From a virus, in the IMG/VR virus record IMGVR_UViG_3300023440_000003, positions 1 through 64,000 of that record: 64,000 bases of DNA; one strand, 5' to 3'. Position numbers and translations under genes: made by a program. Under the pieces are notes generated by a model. It searched no databases and was not told the origin of the DNA. It worked only from the letters and a program-made list of their open reading frames with translations. Positions 9,595 through 18,492 of this stretch are shown piece by piece (position 1 is the first letter of the stretch; every line of letters starts with the position of its first letter).

Positions 9595-9858
9595 ATGAAG
9601 GAATTTGGTAGTAAAGTAATTAATCTGTTCGAAAAAATAATTGTTCGTATTTTGCTTTCTTTAGACGATCTTTTCAGCTTCAAAGCTCAAATAATGATTG
9701 CATGGTTGATTCTTTCATATTTAAGCGAATTTAAAACTGTAGTAGTGATATGTGCGGCTGTAGTGACTATCCTTGTAGGATGGGGTAGAGAAATTCAAAA
9801 GCCTGATAGTAATTTATTCAAATTGATTAAAGCGTTTCTGGAGTCCAGACAGACGTAA
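9595..9858 (+). CDS. two-TM holin-like protein
   Basis: 87 aa, two hydrophobic helices, charged C-terminus. Confidence 0.4.
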   Translation: MKEFGSKVINLFEKIIVRILLSLDDLFSFKAQIMIAWLILSYLSEFKTVVVICAAVVTILVGWGREIQKPDSNLFKLIKAFLESRQT

Positions 9859-9896
9859 TTTATATTTAATCATTTTCTTATGATAAAATGTTTTCC

Positions 9897-10223
9897 GTGA
9901 TGAGTGATCGGAACAAAATATATTTTCTATTGAAGATTGCAGCTTTACAGTTAAGTCCTCAGAGTATGGAACGATTGATTCAGCGTTTTAATCAGGCTGC
10001 TATAAATTTAAGACGTATGGGTACCGCTTCAGCAATGAAGCCATTGAGATTGTACACGAGTTTATTGGAGGAAGCGGTAAAGCCAGCTATAGGTACTGGT
10101 AAAATTCCTCTCATGGAAGAAGCAAAACTTACTAGGTTTCTTAAAGAAGTAAGACGTGCTCCTAAACCCATACCTTCAGATGTCGAACAAATACTTAAAA
10201 GATATTTTATGTATTATGGTTGA
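9897..10223 (+). CDS. small basic KxA-motif protein
   Basis: YFLLKIAA near N-terminus; start just after TGATAAAAT. Confidence 0.6.
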   Translation: MMSDRNKIYFLLKIAALQLSPQSMERLIQRFNQAAINLRRMGTASAMKPLRLYTSLLEEAVKPAIGTGKIPLMEEAKLTRFLKEVRRAPKPIPSDVEQILKRYFMYYG

Positions 10224-10562
10224 ATGATGTATCCTGTGGTTGTATATCAGCATCCGATTCAGCCATATTCACCCAGTCCTTCATCCATGGCAATGAAAGG
10301 ATTAATGGGTAGAATTGTTACCAGCCCTTTGCTTTATGCTGGTTTAGGTGCATATATTGCTAAAGCCAGTCCAGAAGCAGTTAGTAGGTTTGGATTTTTA
10401 ATTCCTAAAAACATAAAAAAGTTTTTTCATAAACAAAAGATGCTTAAAGGAGCTTTGATGGGCGCAGCTGCGGGTATGTTAATGCGATTAGCCCATAAAA
10501 AATTACTGGAAGCAGAATTAGGTTATCCTGTACCTACTGGTATAGGTTATTACATTATTTGA
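10224..10562 (+). CDS. membrane protein, R-x-x-TSP...YYII paralog family
   Basis: GRIVTSPLL, Gly-rich helices, C-terminal GYYII. Confidence 0.65.
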   Translation: MMYPVVVYQHPIQPYSPSPSSMAMKGLMGRIVTSPLLYAGLGAYIAKASPEAVSRFGFLIPKNIKKFFHKQKMLKGALMGAAAGMLMRLAHKKLLEAELGYPVPTGIGYYII

Positions 10563-10634
10563 GATTTGATCCTGTGAAAACATTTGTTATAATAGAGTTC
10601 AGGACAAAATATTTTTAGTTAAAGGAGGTGCATC

Positions 10635-11054
10635 ATGTATTTAGATGATGTAATTTTAGAAGATCTTCTTCTGAACGAGATCGATCCTTATTATGCTGTT
10701 GACCCGTATCTTGACTATTTTGAAGACCCTTATGAAGAAGCATTAACAGATCTTCTGTACAAAGCTGCTTCTGCAAGAAGAAGAAGCAGAGCGGGAGGAC
10801 TCGCTGGAATTGCCGGTAGAGTTATTACTTCTCCGGTTCTCTCTGCAGCTACTGCTGCATTGCCAGGCGTAGCCACTGGACTTGCATTTGGTCGTCGCAT
10901 AGGTAGACCGGCTCTTGGAGCTGTTATTGGTGGTCTGGGCGGCGCTATTGGTGGTTTTGCTAGTGGTGCGCTTAGTAGATTCATTTTTAGAAAAGCTTTA
11001 GAGCAGGCCACTGGAAGAGCTTTACCGGTTTCTACCGGCTATTACATATGGTAA
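10635..11054 (+). CDS. KxA-motif glycine-zipper protein, R-x-x-TSP family
   Basis: Acidic leader ending LLYKAAS, then GRVITSPVL, Gly zipper, GYYIW; strong SD. Confidence 0.7.
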   Translation: MYLDDVILEDLLLNEIDPYYAVDPYLDYFEDPYEEALTDLLYKAASARRRSRAGGLAGIAGRVITSPVLSAATAALPGVATGLAFGRRIGRPALGAVIGGLGGAIGGFASGALSRFIFRKALEQATGRALPVSTGYYIW

Positions 11055-11163
11055 TTATTTGTTTGTTTTAACCATTAATTACCATATTTTGACTATGTTG
11101 TCTAATAACTAACTATTCATTGACTAAGTTATCTAAATTTAACTATTTAGTTTCTGTTTAAGT

Positions 11164-11655
11164 ATGCGACAGAGCCTTGACACTGCTATTGCCTGGGCAG
11201 AAAAAGAATTCCAGCGTCAGAAATCTAAATTAGATACTCGTTTAAAGCGTGGAGAATTAACTCAGCAAGAATATAAAGAGCGTCTGAGAAGATTGGAAGA
11301 ACGCAGACAACAAGCTATAAAAAATATAAAGAAAAAATTTCAATTAAATAAAAAATCATCTGTACCTCCAGAAGCTTACTTATTTGCTGGGTCTGCAGGT
11401 TTGGGTTTAAGTGCGTTAGGTTCTCGCATGTATCTTAAGAGACGAGGCCCAAAATTTTATATTATGGTTGGACCTGCTGCATCCAGTCCAGTACCTCCTC
11501 AACATTCTATTGTCCTTAAGAGAAATGCTGCTAGAATGTCTCAGTGGAAGAATAAACTAATAAATCGTTTACCCACGTTACTTGCCGCAGGAAGTTTAGG
11601 TCTTGCGGCATTGGGTCTCTATTATTATGTAAAAAGAAGAAGATTAAAAGAATGA
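11164..11655 (+). CDS. basic coiled-coil plus two glycine-zipper helices
   Basis: AGSAGLGLSALG and AAGSLGLAALGLYYY, each followed by KRR. Confidence 0.6.
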   Translation: MRQSLDTAIAWAEKEFQRQKSKLDTRLKRGELTQQEYKERLRRLEERRQQAIKNIKKKFQLNKKSSVPPEAYLFAGSAGLGLSALGSRMYLKRRGPKFYIMVGPAASSPVPPQHSIVLKRNAARMSQWKNKLINRLPTLLAAGSLGLAALGLYYYVKRRRLKE

Positions 11656-11954
11656 AATGGCTTAAAAGGTATTGGTACATCCTTTTAATTACCTTGATAC
11701 TTGTTTTAGCTACAATTTTTGGTCGTTCTAACGCATTTTTTACCCTTTATAAAAAGTATAGAAAACGGTTGAATGATTTGATGGAGGATCTTGAGCATGC
11801 TGAAAATGTCAGATCTAAACAAGAAGAAACTATTAAGAACGATTATGACACCAAAATCAAAGAGTTAGATGAGCAAGTGGAAGCTACTTTTCAAAAAGCT
11901 AAAGCAGAAGATAAACTTGACGCTTTAGCTGAAAAACTTTTTGGTAAAAAATGA
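11652..11954 (+). CDS. i-spanin-like protein (N-terminal TM plus coiled coil)
   Basis: MKWLKRYWYILLITLILVLATIF then coiled coil; overlaps next gene. Confidence 0.45.
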   Translation: MKWLKRYWYILLITLILVLATIFGRSNAFFTLYKKYRKRLNDLMEDLEHAENVRSKQEETIKNDYDTKIKELDEQVEATFQKAKAEDKLDALAEKLFGKK

Positions 11955-12370
11955 AGAGGTTTATTTCTTTAACGATTGTTTGTTCTTTACTATTTAGCTT
12001 TGTTTCTTATGCAGATGATTTAAAGATAATCCGTTTGAAAAAAGGAGATAGTTTAGTAGCTCCTTACGATGGTAGATTTGTACCTGATTATATGTTTGAA
12101 AACATGGTGAAAACTGGATTGGAATTGAAAGCGTGCAACAAAAAGCTTACCTTGATAGAACAACGTGAAAAAGAATTATGCAATGTAAAGCTCAATTATG
12201 AAAAAGAAAAATTCAATATGTATCGTGATTTCTACAACAGAAGTATAGATGATTTGGAAAAAATCCTAGACAAACAACAATCTTTCTGGAAGAGTCCTGT
12301 TTTTAATTTTATTTTAGGAGCAGTTATAGCAGTGGCTACGGTTTGGGCTGTAGCTTATGCATTTCGATAA
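11951..12370 (+). CDS. exported coiled-coil protein with C-terminal TM (spanin-like partner)
   Basis: Signal peptide ending SYA-DD, coiled coil, C-terminal FILGAVIAVATVWAVAYAF. Confidence 0.45.
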   Translation: MKRFISLTIVCSLLFSFVSYADDLKIIRLKKGDSLVAPYDGRFVPDYMFENMVKTGLELKACNKKLTLIEQREKELCNVKLNYEKEKFNMYRDFYNRSIDDLEKILDKQQSFWKSPVFNFILGAVIAVATVWAVAYAFR

Positions 12371-12371
12371 T

Positions 12372-13133
12372 TTAATCCATCCATAATGCACTTAAAATTG
12401 TTTTACCTCTTTTAGGTACTGTAATTAAACCTAATATGTTTTTATTAAATTTGGCTGCTTGTCTGTTTATTGGCATGTATAATCCTACATCTCGATATAT
12501 TTGTGCTACGGGATAATGTCCTAGGAAAGATGTATATGGTATTCCATAGGTTTTGATCCATTTTGCGATCTCTGCAGGAGTAGATCTAAATTGTGTATAT
12601 GTATATATACCTGGAGTGGGGACAACGGGTGAATTCAGAAAATAAATTTCCTCTGGCAAAAATGTTTTCAGGATTTGATTCCTTCGCATTAATTTTATAG
12701 TATCTTGGTCTATAATCGCATATATATCTCTCCAGTCATAAAACTGCTTCAGTCTATGTATAGCAGCTTCTACATCTCTAATTGTACCTGCTCCTTTTCT
12801 TCCCTTTAGATATAATGCTATCCTTAAAGTTTCTTCTTTGGGTATTAGTCTTTGGTATACGTTTAGTGGAATAAGGTTATACTGAATTGATGTTAATGGT
12901 CTGTCTACTTTTTGTAATGCCTGACGAAGGGTTTTTATCGTTAGTAGATCTTCCATATTAATGTACACAGGCATACGTTTTGCGCTAGATTCTAGGCTCA
13001 GTATGACTTTTCTTAATTCTGGAATTTTTATGATATATTCTCCGAAAGTCCCTAATTTTTTCTTTCCATGAAGAGCTACAGCTCTGATGGGCACTAGTCT
13101 TTGAGCAAGTTTGTAAAGGTAATATGCTAACAT
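12372..13133 (-). CDS. KxA-motif protein of unknown function
   Basis: Starts MLAYYLYKLAQ; TTGAGA-17-TATAAT promoter with ATG 6 nt downstream. Confidence 0.65.
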   Translation of the reverse strand: MLAYYLYKLAQRLVPIRAVALHGKKKLGTFGEYIIKIPELRKVILSLESSAKRMPVYINMEDLLTIKTLRQALQKVDRPLTSIQYNLIPLNVYQRLIPKEETLRIALYLKGRKGAGTIRDVEAAIHRLKQFYDWRDIYAIIDQDTIKLMRRNQILKTFLPEEIYFLNSPVVPTPGIYTYTQFRSTPAEIAKWIKTYGIPYTSFLGHYPVAQIYRDVGLYMPINRQAAKFNKNILGLITVPKRGKTILSALWMD

Positions 13134-13139
13134 AACTTA

Positions 13140-13168
13140 ATTATACATTTGTCATAGACAGGTCTCAA
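13140..13168 (-). promoter_or_regulatory. sigma70-type promoter for a leaderless mRNA
   Basis: TTGAGA-17 nt-TATAAT, 6 nt, then ATG at 13133 with no SD. Confidence 0.6.
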
Positions 13169-13254
13169 AATTTGGATTTGGACTTGTTTTTTATTCTAAT
13201 AGTTTGTGTTATACTTTACTTGATGTCTAAAGCCTTTCAAGGAGGTGTAAAATC

Positions 13255-14607
13255 ATGAAGTACAGAATTTTGGATTATTATGATGATTTGACGGACAAGT
13301 ATCTCAGTCCTTTGCTTAAGGATGCACAGCTTCCTGAAAAAGACAAAAGCAAGTTATTGGATTCTGATTTTGCTTTGATACTTCGTTATCCGAATGGAGT
13401 AATAAATCGTCACTATCCTATTCACACCGAGCAAGATGTAAAACTTAGTATGGACTATTTTCTAAAAACCGCCAGCAAGCTGTCTCCTAGAGAACGTTAT
13501 GTTGCCGCTTATTATATTGCTAAGGCAGCTAATGCTTTTGGTATTGAAGTGCCTGGATACATAGAGACAATTCTTACTGGAGAGCCTTTTGAAGTAGAAA
13601 CTAACATTGTAGATGTTGTGGAAGAGCCCGAGGAAGAAGCTGAGGAAAGAGAATACTTACTTCCAAATGCCAAAATGCTCCCTGTAACCCCTGATAATAT
13701 AAAGGATTATGTCAAGAATTTTGAAAAAATTGCTGAAAATCTTGAACAAGAGCAAAAAGAAGAAGCAGCATTTAATCTTTTAAGGATTATGGCAAGGGAT
13801 AATAAGAAAGTTAATCTTCCTAGTACTATAGTAAAACTGGCTCAGGCATATTCTCAAAGGCTCATAGAAAAAGAACGTCAGAAGAAAAAATTAGAAGTAA
13901 GCGCAGAATTAAAGAAATTAGCTGCTTCATTGCCTTATGAATGGCATAAGCTTTCGCCTAATCAAAAATATACAATCGCGAAACTTTTAACCAAAGCAGC
14001 ATCTGATGATCCTACTTTTACTCTTGGTGATGTGGAAAGGACATTAATAGCTGATTATATTGACCACGGGCTTAATCCCAAATTGCTTCATTATAATTTG
14101 CAAACCAGAGCGGATAATTTATTAACTGCTTACACGACGTCTTCTAATTATGATCCTGATGTGGATATTGATGTATTAAAACGCAAACTTGTAGACATTG
14201 GTAAAGAAGCTCTTACACTTTATAAGTCAGGTTCTTATAGTGATAAAGATGTGATAAAACTTATAGAAGATTTGAATGAATGGGATAAACATGCCGGATA
14301 TGCAGGAAGATACTCTGAGTTTTATTTGGACGATCCTTATGTGACTTTTTCCAGACATGGTTATAGTTCTTATCTTAAAGGACGTATTTCCGAACCTGAT
14401 CGAAGCACTGCTATAGCGAAGCTAGCATCGTCTAGAGAATATCCTAATGCTCCTGATTATTCTTCTATTAGAGAGGCCTTTTTTGATCAGGTAGGCCCAT
14501 CTCCTGTTCGAAGACCTGTAGTTATAGGTATTAGTAAAGTTGCTGCCAGAAGAGCGGACCCTTTGATATCTATTTTATCTGAAATCTTTAATATCTTAGG
14601 GTTTTAA
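13255..14607 (+). CDS. KxA-rich head/scaffold-like protein
   Basis: About 10 KxA motifs (LLKDA, FLKTAS, FEKIA, IVKLA, LKKLA, LTKAAS, IAKLAS, ISKVAA); N-terminal DSDFA...YPIH domain shared with 45274 ORF; upstream of portal. Confidence 0.6.
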   Translation: MKYRILDYYDDLTDKYLSPLLKDAQLPEKDKSKLLDSDFALILRYPNGVINRHYPIHTEQDVKLSMDYFLKTASKLSPRERYVAAYYIAKAANAFGIEVPGYIETILTGEPFEVETNIVDVVEEPEEEAEEREYLLPNAKMLPVTPDNIKDYVKNFEKIAENLEQEQKEEAAFNLLRIMARDNKKVNLPSTIVKLAQAYSQRLIEKERQKKKLEVSAELKKLAASLPYEWHKLSPNQKYTIAKLLTKAASDDPTFTLGDVERTLIADYIDHGLNPKLLHYNLQTRADNLLTAYTTSSNYDPDVDIDVLKRKLVDIGKEALTLYKSGSYSDKDVIKLIEDLNEWDKHAGYAGRYSEFYLDDPYVTFSRHGYSSYLKGRISEPDRSTAIAKLASSREYPNAPDYSSIREAFFDQVGPSPVRRPVVIGISKVAARRADPLISILSEIFNILGF

Positions 14608-14618
14608 GGGCTTGACAT

Positions 14619-15263
14619 ATGGCATTAAATATTGCGGATTTATTGACTAATGAATTAATAGACGCAAGAATTCTAGCTACCTTTCTGACCAAATATTTTA
14701 AGGATGAATGGATACCCGTATTAACTTCTTCATTAATAGATTATCTGGAGTCTAATTACAATGTAGTTCTTCCACAACGCGTCAGGGATAAAATAGGTGC
14801 ACTGCAGACTTTATTTATGAATGATTTATTCTGGGAAGAATGGCATGTTTTTGAGAAATGTGCTTTGGCTCTTGCTCATAAATTTGTGCGTTTCGACGTA
14901 GCTCAAGAAATGGAACCAGAAGAATTAACTTATGCAATAAAAGTATCAAGAGATCTACGTAAAGAATCTTTCAGTGATGAAGTCAGAGCTTATATTACTC
15001 TGGTTTATATAGATCAGGGTTGTTTGTATCCTGATGAATTTATAGTTAATAAAATCTTTTTTAAAGATATATTGAATAAATTAAAAGTAGCTGACATCGT
15101 TGATTCGTTAGGGGTTGCACGTAAAAAAATAAAGCAGGATAATTTTAATATGGTGAAGGATCCTCTTCTTCGTGAACAACTTCGGAGGTATCTTGCAGTT
15201 CAGGCTTTTTTAAAAGATATGGAACGCACTTATAGACAACAAAAATTGGAGTATAAATTATGA
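14619..15263 (+). CDS. hypothetical protein coupled to portal
   Basis: 214-aa ORF; ATGA overlap with portal. Confidence 0.7.
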   Translation: MALNIADLLTNELIDARILATFLTKYFKDEWIPVLTSSLIDYLESNYNVVLPQRVRDKIGALQTLFMNDLFWEEWHVFEKCALALAHKFVRFDVAQEMEPEELTYAIKVSRDLRKESFSDEVRAYITLVYIDQGCLYPDEFIVNKIFFKDILNKLKVADIVDSLGVARKKIKQDNFNMVKDPLLREQLRRYLAVQAFLKDMERTYRQQKLEYKL

Positions 15264-17146
15264 AAAATCCTTACACAATTATAGGACTGGATCAGGTTTT
15301 TAAAGAGGACATAAAGAGCGTAGTATCTCCTTTAGTCAAAGACATATATTCAATGATTGATTTATGTGAACATTTTCTGGTTAATGAAGGCTTGATTGCT
15401 ACTATTGTAAGCAAGCTGGCTTCTTATGTAGTTACAGATATAGTAACAGATGTAAAAGACCGAGAAGCTGCTAATAAAATAATTGATATTTTAGATCGCA
15501 ATAGAATTTTAGAGATGCTAGTTCATTTTAATGCTGTTGTTCTTGGTTATGGAAATTTATTCTTAAGTGTTATGAAACCATTCACCAGGGTATTAAGATG
15601 TAAAAAATGTGGATTTGAAGATAAAATTGCCCGGTTTAGAGTGGTAACTATTTCAGCAAGGTATGAAATTGTAGGTATCTGTGAAAAATGTAAACAGCGT
15701 ACTGTGTTCGATGTTCAGGATATTATTCAAACTAATAAGACTTATATTTTCAAAATATGGGATCCCAGAGATATAGTGATTGACGTGGATCCTATAGGAC
15801 ATAAAAACAGATACATTTTGAAAGTACCTAAACAGATTATTAATAGAATAAAACGATATTCCGCCACACCTATACCTACTACGTTGAATATTAATCCTCA
15901 AATGGTTTATAAATTTGGGGAAATTAAGGCTTTTCTTGAAACACTCGATCTAAATTTCTTAAAGGCTATTAAACATAAAAAAGGCATACTATTCGCCCCA
16001 GGAGAAGTATTACATGTAAGGCGTATAGGTAATTTTGCTTTTTGGGAATCTGTGTGGGGCCTTCCTATACATGCTGCTGCTTTGGAGGATTTAATAGCTT
16101 ATTCTATATTAAAGCGTTACAGGAATTACTTAGCTAGAGAGCGTACTATCCCCTTAAGGTTCGTATATCCTCAGATATCTGGAGAAATTATTAAGCTTTT
16201 AGATTTAAAAACACACGCATCTAATGTTATCAAGGCTTTTGAGCAATGGGCAAGAAATAAATCGACTATTCATTATATTCCTATACCGGTGGGGATGCTT
16301 AACCTGGGTGCAGAAGGTGCTATGATTAATCTGGAGCCTATGATTCAGTCATTAGAACAAAAAATTATAATGAGCTGTAATGTTCCTCAAGAGTTTGTTT
16401 ATGGAGGCATTTCTAGCTGGACTGGTAGCAGTATAGCATTGCGAATGTTAGAGAATCATTTAAGATTTTTGCTTAATATAGATGCTCGAATACTTAACTA
16501 CATAAAAGATAAAATAGCTTTAATAGAAGGAGTTTATGAAGAGTTAAAGGATATAAAGCTACGTCTTGCTTCACCAAGAACAGTTGATGATATAGCCAAG
16601 CAGCGTATTATGCTTGAACTTAACCAGCGGAATTTATTATCTGACAGCACTCTTCTTAAAGAGCTCGGTGTGGATCCTGATAAAGAACATGAAAATACGA
16701 TTTCTGATTTTCGTAAACGAGCAGAACGCCAGGTTGAGTTTATGAAGGCAGAACTTGAAGTTAAGAAAGAAGCTGCAAAATATCAAGTAGAATCTCAGAT
16801 AGAACTTCAGACTTTACAAAAACAATTATTAGCTGCTCATGGGATAGAATTTGAAAAATTTACTCAGCTTCCTCAGGAAGCACAGGCTCTGGTTTATCGT
16901 CTTCTTTCTATGAAACCTTCTGAAAGAATGTTTGCACTAAGTATGTTACAACAACAGTTTCCTGTCTTGTATAATCACATACTTCCAATACTAGACCAAT
17001 TAATTCAACAGCAACAACAACAATCTGAACAGCCACAGGAGCAACCTGAAACTCAACAGGGAGGTACTGAACAATCTGGCAAAACACCTGCAGAGGCTCC
17101 ACTTCCTGAACAACGTCCTCCACGAAGAGAAGAAAAGCCAGTGTAA
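15260..17146 (+). CDS. portal protein with Zn-ribbon insertion
   Basis: GYGNLFL, WDPRDI, WGLPI, NVPQEFVYGG, TLLKELGVDP, C-terminal coiled coil and Q/P tail; CKKC...CEKC insert. Confidence 0.7.
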   Translation: MKNPYTIIGLDQVFKEDIKSVVSPLVKDIYSMIDLCEHFLVNEGLIATIVSKLASYVVTDIVTDVKDREAANKIIDILDRNRILEMLVHFNAVVLGYGNLFLSVMKPFTRVLRCKKCGFEDKIARFRVVTISARYEIVGICEKCKQRTVFDVQDIIQTNKTYIFKIWDPRDIVIDVDPIGHKNRYILKVPKQIINRIKRYSATPIPTTLNINPQMVYKFGEIKAFLETLDLNFLKAIKHKKGILFAPGEVLHVRRIGNFAFWESVWGLPIHAAALEDLIAYSILKRYRNYLARERTIPLRFVYPQISGEIIKLLDLKTHASNVIKAFEQWARNKSTIHYIPIPVGMLNLGAEGAMINLEPMIQSLEQKIIMSCNVPQEFVYGGISSWTGSSIALRMLENHLRFLLNIDARILNYIKDKIALIEGVYEELKDIKLRLASPRTVDDIAKQRIMLELNQRNLLSDSTLLKELGVDPDKEHENTISDFRKRAERQVEFMKAELEVKKEAAKYQVESQIELQTLQKQLLAAHGIEFEKFTQLPQEAQALVYRLLSMKPSERMFALSMLQQQFPVLYNHILPILDQLIQQQQQQSEQPQEQPETQQGGTEQSGKTPAEAPLPEQRPPRREEKPV

Positions 17147-17169
17147 GACTTTCATGAAGGAGGTGAATA

Positions 17170-17526
17170 ATGGCTAAATTAGTAGATTTACCATCTAAAC
17201 CAAAAAAGAAAAAATCGGTAGATAACATTATTGAAGATTTTATTTCTGGCATCAAATCAGAATCTATATCTGATATAGATAGAATACTTGCTCCATGGCA
17301 GCAAGCAGTTAAGAAAATTGATGATTCTGTTTTTCATATAGAAAAATTCTGCATAGATAATCCTGATGATAAAATAGAATTTGAGATGTTAATGAACCGT
17401 ATAAAGAAGGAGCCTGATAAGTTTTTAGATCTTACTATTAAAGATTATTTCAGCAAAGATGGCCTTTATTTTGTAGTGGTTCAATACTATGAAGTAAAGG
17501 AGGGTAACGATGCCGACAGTGAATAA
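17170..17526 (+). CDS. hypothetical protein
   Basis: Strong SD; downstream of portal. Confidence 0.7.
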   Translation: MAKLVDLPSKPKKKKSVDNIIEDFISGIKSESISDIDRILAPWQQAVKKIDDSVFHIEKFCIDNPDDKIEFEMLMNRIKKEPDKFLDLTIKDYFSKDGLYFVVVQYYEVKEGNDADSE

Positions 17527-17881
17527 TGATGTAATTTTTACCAGTCAACCAGTTAAATCCACAGTAGTTCAAAATATAGCAGTTGGTGGTGGTGAAGATC
17601 TTATAGTAAATTTTGGTCTGCGTCAGGATAATCTGTTGAATTTAACCAAGATACAGCGGATTATGATAAGCAAGCCAGGAACCGGTACTGCCAGTTTGCA
17701 GATTACTTTGAGTGATAATTATGAAAACTATGTGATAGTGAATACTACTTTTTCTGACTATTTTGTCTTCACCCCTGATCCTGCTCTTCCATGGTTTAAG
17801 GATGAAACTTTAATAATAACAGTTGGCACACCAGATGCTGGTGATTATGTCATAAGCGTAGTTCATGGAGCCATTATATAA
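17510..17881 (+). CDS. small beta-rich putative virion protein
   Basis: V/T/I-rich composition; SD GGAGGG. Confidence 0.55.
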   Translation: MPTVNNDVIFTSQPVKSTVVQNIAVGGGEDLIVNFGLRQDNLLNLTKIQRIMISKPGTGTASLQITLSDNYENYVIVNTTFSDYFVFTPDPALPWFKDETLIITVGTPDAGDYVISVVHGAII

Positions 17882-18492
17882 TGGCAGGAGCTAGGCCATA
17901 TAGTTCTAAGTCTATATCTAGAGATACCACAGAAACATCTACGATAAATTCAGCTACCCCTTTAACTAAAGAACCTCCTTTGGTTGTTATTGGACCTAGA
18001 AAAGGCAGGGATAGGGTTTTATTGACTGAGTCTTTGAAAAATCAGGATGATATCTTAAATGCTCCTGCATTTTTTTACATTAAAGCTAACACAAGTGTGA
18101 TTTATTATCATAAGATTATTATTCAAAGTGTAGATTCTTCAATAAATGAAGGAGTTTCACCCATTCCAACAAACAAGGGGCCTATTTATCTTGTAGGTAA
18201 GAAACCTCCTACAACAGTAAGAATTTCTGGAACGTACCTGATGGGGAAGAATGTAGAAACTGGAGAAATAATAACGCCTAAAGATTTCGTAAAAGAATAT
18301 TACAATTACTTGTCTGCCGAAACGTCTACTAAAAATAACTATGATGTATATCTTTCTTATTTTGGTGATTTAATTAAAGTTTTAGTTTTGGGAGCTTCTT
18401 TTGGAAACACTTATGCTCCTGTACTTTCTGTGGCATTTAACTTAGCACTCCTTGATGAAAGTGATGTATTTAAGAATTTAGTTACCAGTTAA
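17881..18492 (+). CDS. putative tail tube-like/baseplate protein
   Basis: About 200 aa, beta-rich, PTTVRISGTY segment reminiscent of tube-fold proteins. Confidence 0.35.
   Translation: MAGARPYSSKSISRDTTETSTINSATPLTKEPPLVVIGPRKGRDRVLLTESLKNQDDILNAPAFFYIKANTSVIYYHKIIIQSVDSSINEGVSPIPTNKGPIYLVGKKPPTTVRISGTYLMGKNVETGEIITPKDFVKEYYNYLSAETSTKNNYDVYLSYFGDLIKVLVLGASFGNTYAPVLSVAFNLALLDESDVFKNLVTS

Noticed and set aside
11151-11180. Out-of-frame FLFKYA just before ORF 11164, suggesting a frameshifted KxA leader
   Set aside because: It is bounded by stops with no start codon, so probably chance.
13255-14607. Major capsid protein call for this ORF or for 56432-58399
   Set aside because: No recognisable HK97-fold pattern, and KxA sites throughout fit a processed scaffold or internal protein better.
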